Shown here one piece after another: positions 1-13,149 of a DNA stretch of 64,000 nt. Each line of letters opens with the position of its first letter. The first letter of the stretch is position 1. Position numbers and translations under genes: made by a program. A model generated the notes under the pieces. It was not told the DNA's origin and made no database searches. It saw nothing but the letters and a program-made list of their open reading frames with translations. The stretch comes from Octopus vulgaris (Eukaryota): contig OX597820.1 in NCBI GenBank assembly GCA_951406725.2, forward strand, positions 98,146,001 through 98,210,000. The letters are read 5' to 3'.

Positions 1-614
1 CACATGATGTTTAATACACCATTTAACAGTTTTTCCTGTCAAGGAAAGACTTGTATTTAGCATGAGAAGAAATAACAGATTTATCCACATTTATATGAAA
101 GCCACGTTGCCTGTGAACATGAAGGCTATGCCAAAACAGGAGCTAGCATCTGATATATGAAACATATTAAGCCAACTACAACTGGACCAACAAAATATAA
201 CACAAATTTCCAAGTAGTTCGAATTCATAAGGTCTAGTCATATATACTGGAGACTCAGTTTGTTATACCCTTTCTACACAGAGCTGCAGTCTTGGATTCG
301 AGAACTGATTTTAATGTTCTTATATGTGATCATGATCATACTTTCGCTTATTATCGTTGGAATGCAGGTGACACAGCGCCATTAATATCCTCATGTATTC
401 TTGCAGCAGTTGAATAACAGTGGAAGCTTTAACTCGGTAATTGCTTTTGGAAAAATCAGATTTTATGTGTTTCTGGTACCAGGTATTCCAACCTGTCCCG
501 TGGTTGGGTAATCGGCGACCAAACCAAACCAAACCAAACCACACGGAATCCTTTCCAATTTATTGATCGAGAAGAATGTAAGCGGAATCAGCAGAATTAT
601 AATTTAATATCTAT

Positions 615-1510
615 AGCCGTAGGTTTGTGGAAAGAATCTTCCTTCGCAACCACATAGTTCCGGGTTCAGTCCCACAGCGCGGCACATTGGGCAAGTGTCT
701 CCTATGATAGCCTTGGGCCGACCAAAGCCCTGAGAGTGGATGTAGTAGACGGAAACTGAAATCGGCACGTCGTATGCATATATATATATTGAGTCTCTTC
801 TCGCGAAAGTATTTGTACTGAAAATCAAGATCGAGTGAGCTTTTGCCCTTTTGCTGGTCCCGTAGCTGACCAATTTCAAATTCTCTGTCTCTCCGTTCTC
901 CGACCTTCAAGACATTTTCCAAGAGTTACCCATTATTCTCATTTCCATGGCCCCAAGGTTGTATTTTGTCCGACTGATCGTTCTCGCCCACCTTCACACT
1001 CTGTGCCGTTTTGCTTGTTTTGTTTTGTTTGCTCTTCTTCCTAATTCTCCGCAAAAAAAAACTTATTTTTACGGGCACCGCCAATTGGGAAGCTCTAAGC
1101 CTAATCTTTAAAGAAATATTACCAATTGGTCAATAACTGATGAAGAATTGAGGACCTTATATTCATCAAACTGTTTTGATCCATACGTGTAACTCCCAAT
1201 AAATTGGTTGAGCGCTCTTCTTTTGTTTGCCCTCTCACTCGTATATATGAATGTGTGTGTGTGTGTGTGTGTGTTGCCTGCGTTCAAGTCTGTGTTTGCC
1301 CCCCACCACCGCTTGACAAACCAGTGATGATGTGTTTATGTCCCCGTAACGTAGCGGTTCGACCAAAATGAACGATAGAATAAGTGTCTGGCTTGAAAAA
1401 AATGCGCTGGGGTCGTTTCGTTCGATTACAAATTCCTCAAGGCAGTGTCCCAGCATGGCCACAGTCTAATCATTAAAATAAGTAAAGAAGAAAAAAAGAA
1501 GTAAAAGAAT
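615..1510 (+). mobile_element. tRNA-derived SINE (family A), split at its internal (TA)n by an inserted element
   Basis: 5' half (GTTCCGGGTTCAGTCCCAC...GTAGACGGAAACTGAAA) at 615-785 and 3' half (GTCCCCGTAAC...CAGCATGGCCACAGTC...AAGTAAA tail) at 1245-1510 match intact copies at 51750-52170 and 60435-60830. Confidence 0.85.
790..1245 (+). mobile_element. T-rich non-coding insertion carrying a permuted hammerhead-like core
   Basis: Flanked by TA repeats inside a SINE; GAAA(1113)-N20-CTGATGAAG(1137). Confidence 0.5.
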
Positions 1511-3769
1511 TTATTTAATACTTAAATATTTATATTTTATCGTTATCAATGGAGTCGTAGGGTCATCGGGAAAGGATATGTTTTCATATTTCCATAGCTG
1601 CAGCGTTATTTCTGTCCTACGTATGGCATATTTCATGTATCTGGGTATCATTAGTGTGGTCGTACTCATGGCTAATTTCTTCCAGGAATTAAGGGGACAA
1701 AAATTGTTGTCAAAAGCCATTTCTCAATCAATCCATGCTATTCTTAGACCCTATTTTCTCATTCTACTATTTCTGATTATGCCTTCGTTGATCAGTAATT
1801 CATTTAGTCTTAGTTATATGAGAAACCTTTGTAGAAGCGGTGCAGCAAAAGAATGTAAAGAAATCAGTTATTGATCAACACAGGCATAATCATTTGAGAG
1901 AGGAGGGGTTAAGCATAACATGGCTTCGCTAACATAAGGCTCTTTATATTTTCTAATCTCTTAAGGCGGCGATCTGGCAGAAACGTTAGCGCGATTTATT
2001 CTCTTCTTTATTATTATTCTGAAAGATGAATGCAGGTACGTTATAGGCCTGTAATTTCTCGGTAGTATTAAAACCATTTTGTATTTCTGTGCCAAGTTAT
2101 TACTTCACCAGCGTCACTGTTTTTATGGAAAGTAATCCCTTCTACTATAGGCACATGGCCTGAAATTTGTGGGGAGAGGGGGATAGTCGATTACATCGAC
2201 CCCAGTGTTTCACTGGTACTTGAATTATTGACCACGAAAGGATGAAAGGCAAAAATCGACCTCGCCGGTATTTGAACTCAGAACGCATTTTCATGGAAAA
2301 TATTATGTGCTACCACATAGGTATTATGGCAATTCTCCTCTGTGTCTCATTTTGTGTGTCTGTCTGTCTATCTGTCCGATTGCCTCTTTGTCTGTCTGCC
2401 TGTATGCCTGTCTATCTGTCTACCTTTCTCTCTCTCTCTCTCTCAAAGTATATGGATGTGACAGCCTGCTCTTTTATGGCAAACCTTACTACTTCTGCTG
2501 TTGTATATTAGACTGTATCGCTGTGTGTTTTTATTTTTGCGGCAAGTGTATGGCAGATACACAGACATACATGCACATACCGAACACATAGGCACACACA
2601 TACAGGCACAAATGCAAAAGCAAGCGCTGACAAGGGTAAGTACCACAGAAAGACGAGAAAAACTAAACAAAATAAAGCCAGAAAGAAGACACAAATAGTC
2701 ATTGAGGTTACAGAATGTGTAACGAAAGAGCGTTGACAAAATAACCAATAATAATAATAATAAAGCTGAAGAAAAAGTCAAATAGTGCGTATGTTTATTG
2801 GCAAAATGGCCGTCCTCAAATATAACAATACACACATACATATAAATATATGCATAAATATAAATATACATATACATATAAATACATACGTGCATACACA
2901 CACACACATCAAATATCCGTCTATATCTTATGTTAATTCCCCGGCGTGGAGTATAAACACGTGCTAGGATTTTTTCCGAGATATGGGATAGCTTCTAGTC
3001 GAATCTAACAATCGTATAGTAATTGGATTTATGTATAAATACTGTTATAAGGACGATGCGGGCAACGATACTAGAAAGAGCGACAACATCTTTTACTTTT
3101 ATTATATCTGCTACTACAAACAATATGGATATCAGCTTTGGCCCAAGGCCAGATTTTGTTTCTTAATAACGGCGATAATATGGGAAGGAGAATAGTCGAG
3201 TAATGATTAAGGGAGTGGTACTACTTAACCTTATAAATAGCATTTATATGGTAAAGGGACAGTGGCAAATATGGTGTATATTGTCCAGCACTTTTTCCTT
3301 TCCTACAATATATCACTCGGATTCATCTGTAAGTAATAGTTCTTTACATTGGAACAAGGTCACATATGTCGTTGGAAGGAGAATAATCGTCGACTAAAAT
3401 TTCATTGATCCGTGACACTGGAGGGAAAAGTTAGAAAGTTCTGCGGCTGGATTTCAAAGGGAAAGTAGAAAGAAGGGTAACTAAATATCGCATTGCTATT
3501 GTTTCTGTCACAATTCATCTGCTAATAATTGTTTCTAGTCTCGGCACAAGACCCTGAAATTTAGGAAAGGGGAATCAGTCGATAGTCATCGATATCATTA
3601 ATTGACTGGTTCTTTATTTTATAGACCTAGAAAAGTATTAAATTTAAAGTTGATCTCAGGGATGTTTGAACCCAGAATTTAAATAGCACGAACAAATATA
3701 CCAATATATTTTTCCACTCTAGTAATAACAGCTACTAAGTCCAGCAATTTTTATTAGAAGAGGAACTCG

Positions 3770-4580
3770 ATAATATAAAATCCCAGTACATGACTGGTAT
3801 CCTAATGCAAAGTTGGCTGCGGCAGGATTTAAAATCAGAATATGAAACACCGTATTTGAATACTACAAAGCATTTTGTCCGATGCACAAGTGATTCTGTC
3901 AATCCACCTTGGTTGGCACAATTACTAATAAGAAATATTGGCTTCAAACTGAGACAAGGCCAGTAATTTAGTGGGAGTAGGCACTTCGACATAACTGGTA
4001 TTTATTTTATCGCTCACGAAAGGACGAAAGGAAAAGACGACTTCAGCAATATGTGAACACAGAACGTAAAATCGGAAGAGATGCTGCTAAGCATTTTGCG
4101 CGTTGTGGTAACGATTCTACCAGCTAGCAGCCTTACTAACAAGGGTCTTGAATTTGTTTACACTAGGCCGGCAATTTTGGGTGAATGGTCACTCGATTAC
4201 ATCGACCCGATGCTCAACTGGTACTTATTTTATCGATCCTGAAAATGTGGAATGTAAAGTTGACCTAAGCGGTATTTGAACTAAGAACGTAAAAACAGGC
4301 GAAATGCCGCTAAGCATTTGGTTCAGCTTGCTAACGATTCTGTCAGCTGGAGGACTGAAGAAGAATAAATATTGGTTTCAACTTTTGGCTCAAGGCCAAC
4401 AATTTTAGAGGAGGGTGTAAGTCGATTACATCGATCCCAGTGCTAGAATTTATCGACCCCGAAAGGATGAAAGGCAAAATCAACCCTGCTGGACTTTGAA
4501 CTCAGAAAGTAAAGACGGGCGAAATGATTCTAAGCATTTTGCCCGGCGTGCCAACGATTCTTCCAGCTAACCGTCATAAT
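3770..4580 (-). repeat. Tandem cluster of degenerate family B SINE copies
   Basis: Repeated blocks GATTACATCGACCC...GAAAGGCAAA...TGAACTCAGAA...AAGCATTT...AACGATTCT, roughly every 200-240 bp. Confidence 0.75.
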
Positions 4581-4701
4581 ATAATTTTTACGAAGGCATA
4601 TGTGTCCTAATTATACCTTTTTTTCCGGTCAGACGAAAGCTTTGAGAGTGGATTTTGTAGACGGAAACAAAATGTATATAGATATATATATATATATATA
4701 T

Positions 4702-4970
4702 ATCTTTATATATAAAAGTGAAGTTGTGTGTCTGTCTCCTACGATTTAGATTCCTAACTACTCCCACATTTTGCGGTGCAGTTTAACCAAAAGCGGGTAT
4801 CTTATAGTCGTGATTCATATCGAGCCCTTCTGGGTATTAGCGTGCGTCTACGATGAGTCTACGATTTAAAAAAAATTTACCATCATTTTTTCCCATTTTC
4901 AATGCCTTTTTTTGCTATTATATAAGGGAAGTAACTCTCTAAAAATTCTTATATAGTTATTTCCCTTAGA
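4702..4970 (+). mobile_element. Possible Helitron-like 5' end fragment
   Basis: Begins A|TCTTTATATATAAAAGTGAAGTTGTGTGTCTGTC, resembling Helitron 5' termini; no 3' CTRR hairpin seen. Confidence 0.35.
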
Positions 4971-4994
4971 AATGAATGAAAATTAAAAACATTA

Positions 4995-5670
4995 TATATG
5001 CATATATGGGTACAGGACATCACAAAACGTAAACATCATGAAATACGAAGGCAAAAGTGGGTATGCGAACAACAAAAGAAACAAATGGAAAACAAGACAA
5101 GTAACATAAAGAACGACCCTTCATCAATTGTCGGTTATTCAGCTGCTCTGCATTTCGAGCAATTAACGACAATATGAGGCTTCGAAAAACAGTTGCTCCC
5201 GCGAGCCAAAGTAAAATTTGGGATTTGCGGAGGGTCAAAGTTGATAATAAAAACAGGTCAGCGGAAACAAACAACAAACCAAAGGAAAACAAAACGTTAG
5301 GCCAGACGAAGTAAGGTAGCGAACGCTGGAGGAATATTCTTTGACAAGATAAAAGATGGGAGAGGAAAGAGATAAGAATGCTTCTGGTCTCTGCGTCCAT
5401 CTTTCGTTTCTTCACGTGATCATCTTCCTTTCACCTTCAATCTGTCGCACTGACCAGACGCATTCTTATCTGCGACCAGATGCATTCTTAAACATGGAGT
5501 AGATGAACAGCTGACAACTGATGAAGGGTCGTTCTTTATATTACTTGTTTTGTTTTCCATTTGCTTTCCTCGTTGTTCATATATCCAAGTTTACCTTCGT
5601 AATTCATGTTGTTTTCATATTTCATGTTGTTCACGTTTTGTGACGACCTGCACCCATATATGCATATATA
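4995..5670. mobile_element. Head-to-head inverted-repeat element (Penelope pLTR-like) with hammerhead-like cores
   Basis: About 4995-5135 is the diverged reverse complement of about 5510-5670; both arms carry (C/T)TGATGAAGGGTCGTTC; homologous to 35490-35775. Confidence 0.75.
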
Positions 5671-6349
5671 TATATATACATATATATGTATGTACATATA
5701 TGTATGTATATCACGTGATCACGTGACCGACCAGACCATCATATGTTGTTACACATCGCTGGTCACAATGCGTTCGCATTGTTTTAGCCTTCGAATGACG
5801 CTACCCCGCTGGCTAAGCGAGCAGGCCAATATGTATGTATATATGCATATATATATATATATATGTGTGTGTGTATGTATATATCTATGTGTGTGTTTGT
5901 GTGTGTTTCTGTGTATGTTTCTCCCCCACCACTGCTTGACCACCGGTGTTGGTGTGTTTACGTCCCCGTAACATAGCATTTCGGCAAAGGAGTCCGATAT
6001 AATAAGTACTATGCTTATGTGTGTGTGTGTGCGTGCGTGTGTCTGTGTTCATCCCTCCCCACCGCTTGACAACCGGTGTTGGTGTGTTTACGTCCCCCGT
6101 AACTTAGCAGTTCAGCCAAAGCTACCGATATGATAAGTGCTTGGCTTTAAAAAAGAAAATAAGACCTGGGAAGTGGGGTCTATTTGTTTGACTGAAACCT
6201 TTGAAGACGGTGCCCCAGCATGGCCGCAGTCACATGACTAAAGTAAAAAACGACGATAAAAGATACATACAAACGCACACATGCACACACGCACATACAC
6301 AAAATGCGCGCACGCATACACACACATGCACACACTCAGGTATGCATAC

Positions 6350-6760
6350 ATATACATTTATTCTTTTCTACTCTAGACACAAGGCCCGAAAATTTGGGGG
6401 AGGGGGCCAGTCGATCAGATAGACATCAGTATGCAACTGGTACTTAATTTATCGACCCCGAAAGAATAAAAGGCAAAGTCGACCTCGGCGGAATTTGAAC
6501 TCGGAACGCAGCGGCAGACGAAATACCTATTTCTTTACTGCCCACAAGGGGCTAAACACAGCGCGGATAAACAAGGACAGACAAACGGATTAAGTCGATT
6601 ATATCAACCCCAGTGCGTAACTTGTGCTTATTTAATCGACCCCGAAAGGATGAAAGGCAAAGTCGACCTCGGCGGAATTTGAACTCAGAACGCAGCGACA
6701 GACGAAAAACTGCTAAGCATTTCGCCCGGCGTACTAACGATTCTGCCTGCTCGCCGCCTT
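6350..6760 (-). mobile_element. Family B tRNA-derived SINE dimer
   Basis: Two tandem copies of ATCGACCCCGAAAG(A/G)AT(A/G)AAAGGCAAAGTCGACCTCGGCGGAATTTGAACTC (B-box-like GAGTTCAAATTCC on minus); 5' end AAGGCGGCGAGCAGGCAGAATCGTTAG. Confidence 0.85.
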
Positions 6761-7594
6761 TCATACATACATACATACATACATACTTACATACATACAT
6801 ACACACACACACACGCATATATGTATATGTATATATATATATTTATATATATATGTGTGTATATATATATATACACACACACATATATATATACATTGTG
6901 TAAATGTGTGTATGTTTATATATCTATGTAATTGTCTTATAGAAAATTGAAAGAGTAAAAAAAAAAATTTAAATGATGTGAGATTAAATTTGTCCCAAGG
7001 CACACCAAGAAACAAACTATTCGCTCAACTTAATGGGAGGTCGAAAGAAAACTCTATTGACGTAAAGTTAAAAATCATTGCCTTGGACGGAATAGAATTC
7101 TGTAATTCTGTAATTCTATCGATTGTAACAGTGTTTACGTTTTGCTTCTTTGTTGTTTTTTTTTTGTATTTTTTTCTATTTGCCAATGTTTTGTAAACAA
7201 TGAGACTGATTGAACGCTGATCAAACCCTATGTAGGAGGGGTTATGTTTTTCTGTTTTACATGTATACATACAACGTATACATAGCAAAGTAGCATCTGT
7301 TTATTATTATTGTTTCTTCTTCTTCTTCTTCTTCTTCTTCTTCTTCTTCTTCTTCTTCTTCTTCTTCTTCTTCTTCTTCTCCTCCTCCTCCTCCTCCTCC
7401 TTCTTCTTCTTCTTCTTCCTCCTCTTCTTCTTCTTCTTCTTCTTCTTCTTCTTCTTCTTCTAATTAATTATTATTATTATTATTATTGCATCAATATCAT
7501 AATCCTCCTCCCCTTCCTCCACCTCCACCTCCACCTCCACCTCCCCTCCTCCTCTTCTTCCCCCCTCCCCCTCCTCCTCCTCCTCCTCCTCCTC

Positions 7595-9350
7595 GGTAAG
7601 TGATTCCCTTCAGCCACCTCCTCTGTGACAAACATTGGAAAATAAATTAAGTAGGTGGTCCTTGATGTAAACAGACTGGTGGCTATCCATGCTCCGTATT
7701 TCTTCCGATGTCTGGAGGCTTTCCTCGGGAACGTCTCGACTTTTAATGTTAGTGGGTGACTGGAATGCCATCTTGGACACACATTTAAATTGTATGGGAT
7801 TAAATGTTAGAAGACGGGGGTGCAAAAGCCTTGAAACCCACTCAGACATTTTCAGTTGTCTGACAGGTCCAGACTGTAATTCTCGAATGTGCCAGTGTGA
7901 ACATGGATGAACCATATCGGGTCATCTGGGTTGTGTCTAGATAGAGTAAGCTCTAGGTCCGTAGATAAGGAAAGCATAAGTTGCTTACTTTCCAAAATCC
8001 TAACCTGCACAGACCACAAATTTGTGGTCTGCATGGTCGACCTAGACAGGTCTCGTAGGAAGGGACACGGTTACTGGAAGTTGAACGCGTTACTCTTGGC
8101 ATACCAAGCTTAGAGAGACCGGAATACCGTATTAGTTAAGTTGATGAGGTCAATCGTCAACAACAAACGGTGGTTTAACCTGTAAAGAGTAAATAGAGTG
8201 GAATGTATTAACGATAAAAAGGGATTAACGATAAAAAGAAGAAAGATGGATGGAAACTTAGAAATGTAGAAGAGGCGCTTAGGAAAGCACTACAACCGAC
8301 GTGCTCGCGGCGAGATTGACCCTGGATCAATTCAACGCTAAGCACGGAGGATGCATTGTTAGACCTAAGGCGCATGGGAAACAAGAGAACGGAAGCCGCT
8401 CATTAAGCCCGGGTGGCAGAGGTGCAACGTGGCAAAAAATCCACAATTTGGTTTTTGGTGGTCTAAAGTGGGCGCATGATACTCGAACCTGAGCAGATGT
8501 ATGCGGCATTTCAGCAGCACTTCGCTGAACCGTATGGAACGAATGGCAATTCAGAATTCAGAATGGTTCAGTGGCTAACCCGACGGTATGCCAGGACTCT
8601 CGGTAAGGTACGCTGAACGTTGTGAAAGGCTGGTAACAGTTGTGGAAATATGGTATGCGATGATGGGCTATAGGGTGAGAAAATCGTCTAGCTTGGATGG
8701 TCTGCCTTACGAGCTTTACTGTTATATGCCTGGTATTTGGCAGCCTCTTAGAAAATATCTACCGCAACGGGCAACAGAACGAGAGAATTCCTAGTTCTGT
8801 GTGTCGAAAAGCGGTGGTACTGCTAAAAAGGATCGAAATAAGGGGGACCAAATAGAAAACTTTAGGTCCATAACGCTGCTAAGCGTAGATTTCAAGACCT
8901 TGTTTGGTCCAGATCTGCAGGAGAAGAAGAACTGGGTCAAGGTGATGAGCAGGGTGGCCAGTCACACCCAGAAATAGGCTGAGAGAAAGCTGCCATTGAA
9001 AGGTTGTGCGGAAGTGGTGAAAGCATACATCGCCTTCGTTATATATAACCTCCATACTGTCATACCTTGCTCCAGTTTACGTCTGACCAAGCTGGAATGC
9101 ATACTCTTCCGCTTTTTGTGGAAGCAACACGTTCCACCGATCGAGCGCTCCATTTTTGGTCAACACCTGCCTAATGAAAGACTGGGCATTCCGTGGCTAC
9201 TAATGCGCAGACATATGCTAAGCCTACGACATCTCCAGCACTCCCTTCACGGTGAGCAGAGCGGATGCTGTCATGGCGGACCGGTTTTGGTCTAATCTCC
9301 AGCTGAAAAAAAATCAAGGTCCTGGCCAATGGCACCCAGGAATGCGACGA
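7595..9350 (+). pseudogene. Decayed L1/Tx1-clade LINE ORF2 (APE endonuclease plus RT fragments)
   Basis: Motifs LVGDWNAILD, TDHKFV...GHGYWKLNALLL, KSSSLDGLPYELY, ENFRSITLLSVDFK and LFRFLWK...LGIP occur in the expected order, with stops and frameshifts. Confidence 0.9.
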
Positions 9351-10029
9351 AAGAAATCAAACCCCTGATATGGATATTCATGCTGATATTGTGTGAAGAA
9401 TGACACTGGAGTGGACTATACAAAAGATACTTTTAAAGTTATTACCATCAATAATATTGACATCTGCAATAACCTTATACACATGTACATTTTGATAAAA
9501 TTAAAATATTTTATTGGCATTACATACAACAGAATCAATGATAACTTTTCTAGACACAGGTAGGTTTGAGACAGAGATTGCATCCAGTCAAAGAAGAAAT
9601 GTAACAAAGGTCTCTCATATCGGGTTGTATCTTCTTATATAAGGAATTTATCCAAGAACAGGCAAAAAGAGAAGATTCAAATCACTGCCTCTCGAATAAA
9701 GAAGGGGTCTACTTAGTGTCACCCACCCACTTCAAAATATATATATTATATTGGAGCGGGCATGGCTGAGTGGTAAGAAGCTGGCTTCCCAATCACGCGG
9801 TTTCGGGTTCAGTCCCACTGCCTGGTAATTGGGTAGGTGTCTTCTACTACAACTTCGGGCCAACCAAAACCTTGTGAGTGGATTTAGTAGACAAAATGAG
9901 AGTATCCCGTCGTATATATGTATGTGTGTGTGTACGCGCGCGCGTGTGCCAAATTATCTACAGTATCTGTATTGATATGTCTGTGTACTTGTAGCTTAGT
10001 TCATGTTAATATAAATGGTAGAAGGGTAA

Positions 10030-10355
10030 AATACTCCCTTCGCTCATGAATGACCATGAGATTGCGCCTAGAAAATTCCCCTCCGAGGTACAAGTCCAGA
10101 CATTGTTGTTTATGGAATACCAGTGGTCGCCCGTGCATACAAGCCTGCCCTCTCCACGCCACCGATGATGTCCAAAGGAAAGAGAAAGGCTGATATAACT
10201 TGGCATCAGTGACGTCGCAACTCATTTCTACAGCTGAGTGAAGTGGAGCAATGTGAAATATAGCATCTTGCTCAAGAACACAATACACAGCCCGGTCCGG
10301 AAATCGAACTCGCTACCTCGTGAACTCTACGCTCTAAACACTATGCTATGCGCCT
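10030..10355 (-). mobile_element. tRNA-derived SINE (family C)
   Basis: Reverse-complement homolog of 36972-37284 and 58535-58840; B box GAGTTCGATTTCC. Confidence 0.8.
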
Positions 10356-10504
10356 TCAAAATTCATATGCAATGATATATGTCAGCCGGTGCATACAAGC
10401 ATATATTTATTCATTTATCCGTAAATGTGTATGTTTATATATATATCTATATATATTTATCCGTAAATGTGTATGTATATATATATATATATTTCTATAT
10501 ATAT

Positions 10505-10576
<72 letters not shown>

Positions 10577-10617
10577 AGAAAGAAGAAAGAATGAGAGATA
10601 GAGATAGATAGATAGAT

Positions 10618-10666
<49 letters not shown>

Positions 10667-11079
10667 AGTGTACTAAAGCGCCATCAGATCTCCTAAACAT
10701 TTCATTTTATATGAAAACTCGTACTTAACCGTTACCTAGCGGGAACTACACCCACCATCCTTTTTAATGGCTTAGTCAGACACGGGAAGACACAGCTTGT
10801 GATCCTTTTCCAGGACATCCGGAACGTGTGGGAAGAATATGAGGACGTCATCTTCAGTGCAGAAAACAGGCTTAGAATATTTAGAACGAAATGAAGCACT
10901 ACTTAAGATTCGCTAAAACTGGGTGGTGTTTGTAAACGTACTAGCGGATTAAAATCTATATACCACGGTGATGCTCCAGCATGTCCACAGCCGCATGATT
11001 GAAACGAGTAAAATAATAAAACGGTAAAAGAGTATCCCAGTTAGTACTCGAAATAAGTGATCGAGGTTAAATTGACTGA

Positions 11080-11305
11080 TACTTATTTCTTTACTACCCA
11101 CAAGGGGCTAAACACAGAGGGGACAAACAAGGACAGACAAACGGATTAAGTCGATTACATCTACCCCAGTGTGTCACTGGTACTTATTTAATCGACCCCG
11201 AAAGAATGAAAGGCAAAGTCGACCTCGGCGGAATTAGAACTCAGAACGTAACAGCAGACGAAATACGGCTACGCATTTCGCTCGGCGTGCTAACGTTTCT
11301 TCCAG
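11080..11305 (-). mobile_element. Family B SINE
   Basis: Near-identical to 6525-6740 and 42337-42555. Confidence 0.85.
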
Positions 11306-11388
11306 ATCTAGCTGTTTTTTTAAAAATTGTAGTGTAGTGAAGAGACTGCTAGTTGCTTTGGGACGCTTTTGGAATTAGTAGCAATGGT

Positions 11389-11995
11389 ATGGCTTGTAGA
11401 TGTGATGGCTTGTAGATGTGATGGCTTGTAGATGTGATGGCTTGTAGATGTGATGGCTTGTAGATGTGATGGCTTGTAGATGTGATGGCTTGTAGATGTG
11501 ATGGCTTGTAGATGTGATGGCTTGTAGATGTGATGGCTTTTAGATGTGATGGCTTTTAGATGTGATGGCTTGTAGATGTGATGGCTTTTAGATGTGATGG
11601 CTTGTAGATGTGATGGCTTTTAGATGTGATGGCTTGTAGATGTGATGGCTTGTAGATGTGATGGCTTGTAGATGTGATGGCTTTTAGATGTGATGGCTTG
11701 TAGATGTGATGGCTTTTAGATGTGATGGCTTTTAGATGTGATGGCTTTTAGATGTGATGGCTTGTAGATGTGATGGCTTGTAGATGTGATGGCTTGTAGA
11801 TGTGATGGCTTGTAGATGTGATGGCTTGTAGATGTGATGGCTTGTAGATGTGATGGCTTTTAGATGTGATGGCTTTTAGACGTGATGGCTTTTAGATGTG
11901 ATGGCTTTTAGATGTGATGGCTTGTAGATGTGATGGCTTGTAGATGTGATGGCTTGTAGATGTGATGGCTTTTAGATGTGGTGGCGTGTAGATGT
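11389..11995. repeat. 16-bp minisatellite (ATGGCTT[G/T]TAGATGTG)n, about 37 copies
   Basis: Directly visible tandem array with no spacers. Confidence 0.97.
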
Positions 11996-12652
11996 TGCAG
12001 GTGGATATGATGAATATGATAGTTATTAGTGCAGGACTGTTTAATTAGCAGATGCAGCTGTTCTTGTTTAGCTCTCCTTTATGTTAACCCTGATAAAGCA
12101 GACTTACGATCAAAGGTGTTCCAGCCACGACCAATCCGGTTATTTGTATATGATGCATCACATTGTCCAATGTGACTTTTATATTTTTCTCTTTTAATAT
12201 GTTTTTCTTTTATTTTTGTTCCTTAAGGCCAGAGAATTCGTTGGTTGCTACATCAAGCGCGTCGAGCGATTACGTAAAGGCTCGGTCGCAGTAGTGATGA
12301 TGGTGGAGATGATGGTGATGATGATGATGATGATGTTGAAAGTGTTGGTGACGGGGGAGTGAAGATGGTGATGGTAGTGACAGTAGTGATGATAATAACA
12401 GTAACGACGTTGGTGATGATGATGATGATCATGATGACGACAACGATGTCGATGGTGATATTTGTGGTGGTTGCAAATGGTAGTGTTAGCAATGGACCTG
12501 TTTCGTTTCCTACTCCCACTACTGTTGTTGTTGTTATTGCCGCCTTTCTTGCTGTTATTACTTCTATTACTGCTGCTCTTACCGCTGCTGTTTCTGCCGT
12601 TGCTGCTGTTATATTTATGCCACGGATGGTATTGACATTAAAAAGAAATTAC

Positions 12653-12807
12653 CAGATGTCCTCACACAGTGAATATAAACACGAGTCAGGTCTCACGTGA
12701 ACTTCAGTTGTGTTCGACTCACCATGACTCTGGATATCAGCAGAATTACCATGAAGACAGAAAAACGATATAATAGCCCCCATACAGCTAACATAAACAG
12801 AGGTCAT
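12653..12807 (-). CDS. Candidate coding exon with signal-peptide-like N-terminus
   Basis: ATG at 12807 reads MTSVYVSCMGAIISFFCLHGNSADIQSHGESNTTEVHVRPDSCLYSLCEDI(W) and ends at TG|GTAATT; lies in unique sequence; downstream exons not identified. Confidence 0.3.
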
Positions 12808-13025
12808 ACGCCCCACCTTTTCCCCTAAAACTTAATCATGAGCCTGTACGACCTACCACATTACTGTGACCTCATCTACAGTAACGGTTTCTGTAGATAA
12901 GATAGAAACGACAAAGAGGCGGGTGAACGATATGTTGTGAAGTTCATGCATTTCTGCAAATGATATATGTCTAAGGGAAGTGAAATATCTGGTAGATCCC
13001 TGAGGAGTAGATCTTTTGGGAAATC

Positions 13026-13143
<118 letters not shown>

Positions 13144-13149
13144 TGATAA

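Noticed and set aside
1-500. Coding-looking unique sequence
   Set aside because: Interrupted by stops in the frames read and no motif recognised; possibly an old transposon, but unsupported.
11389-11995. Possible CRISPR array
   Set aside because: Contiguous tandem units with no unique spacers and no cas genes; eukaryotic context.
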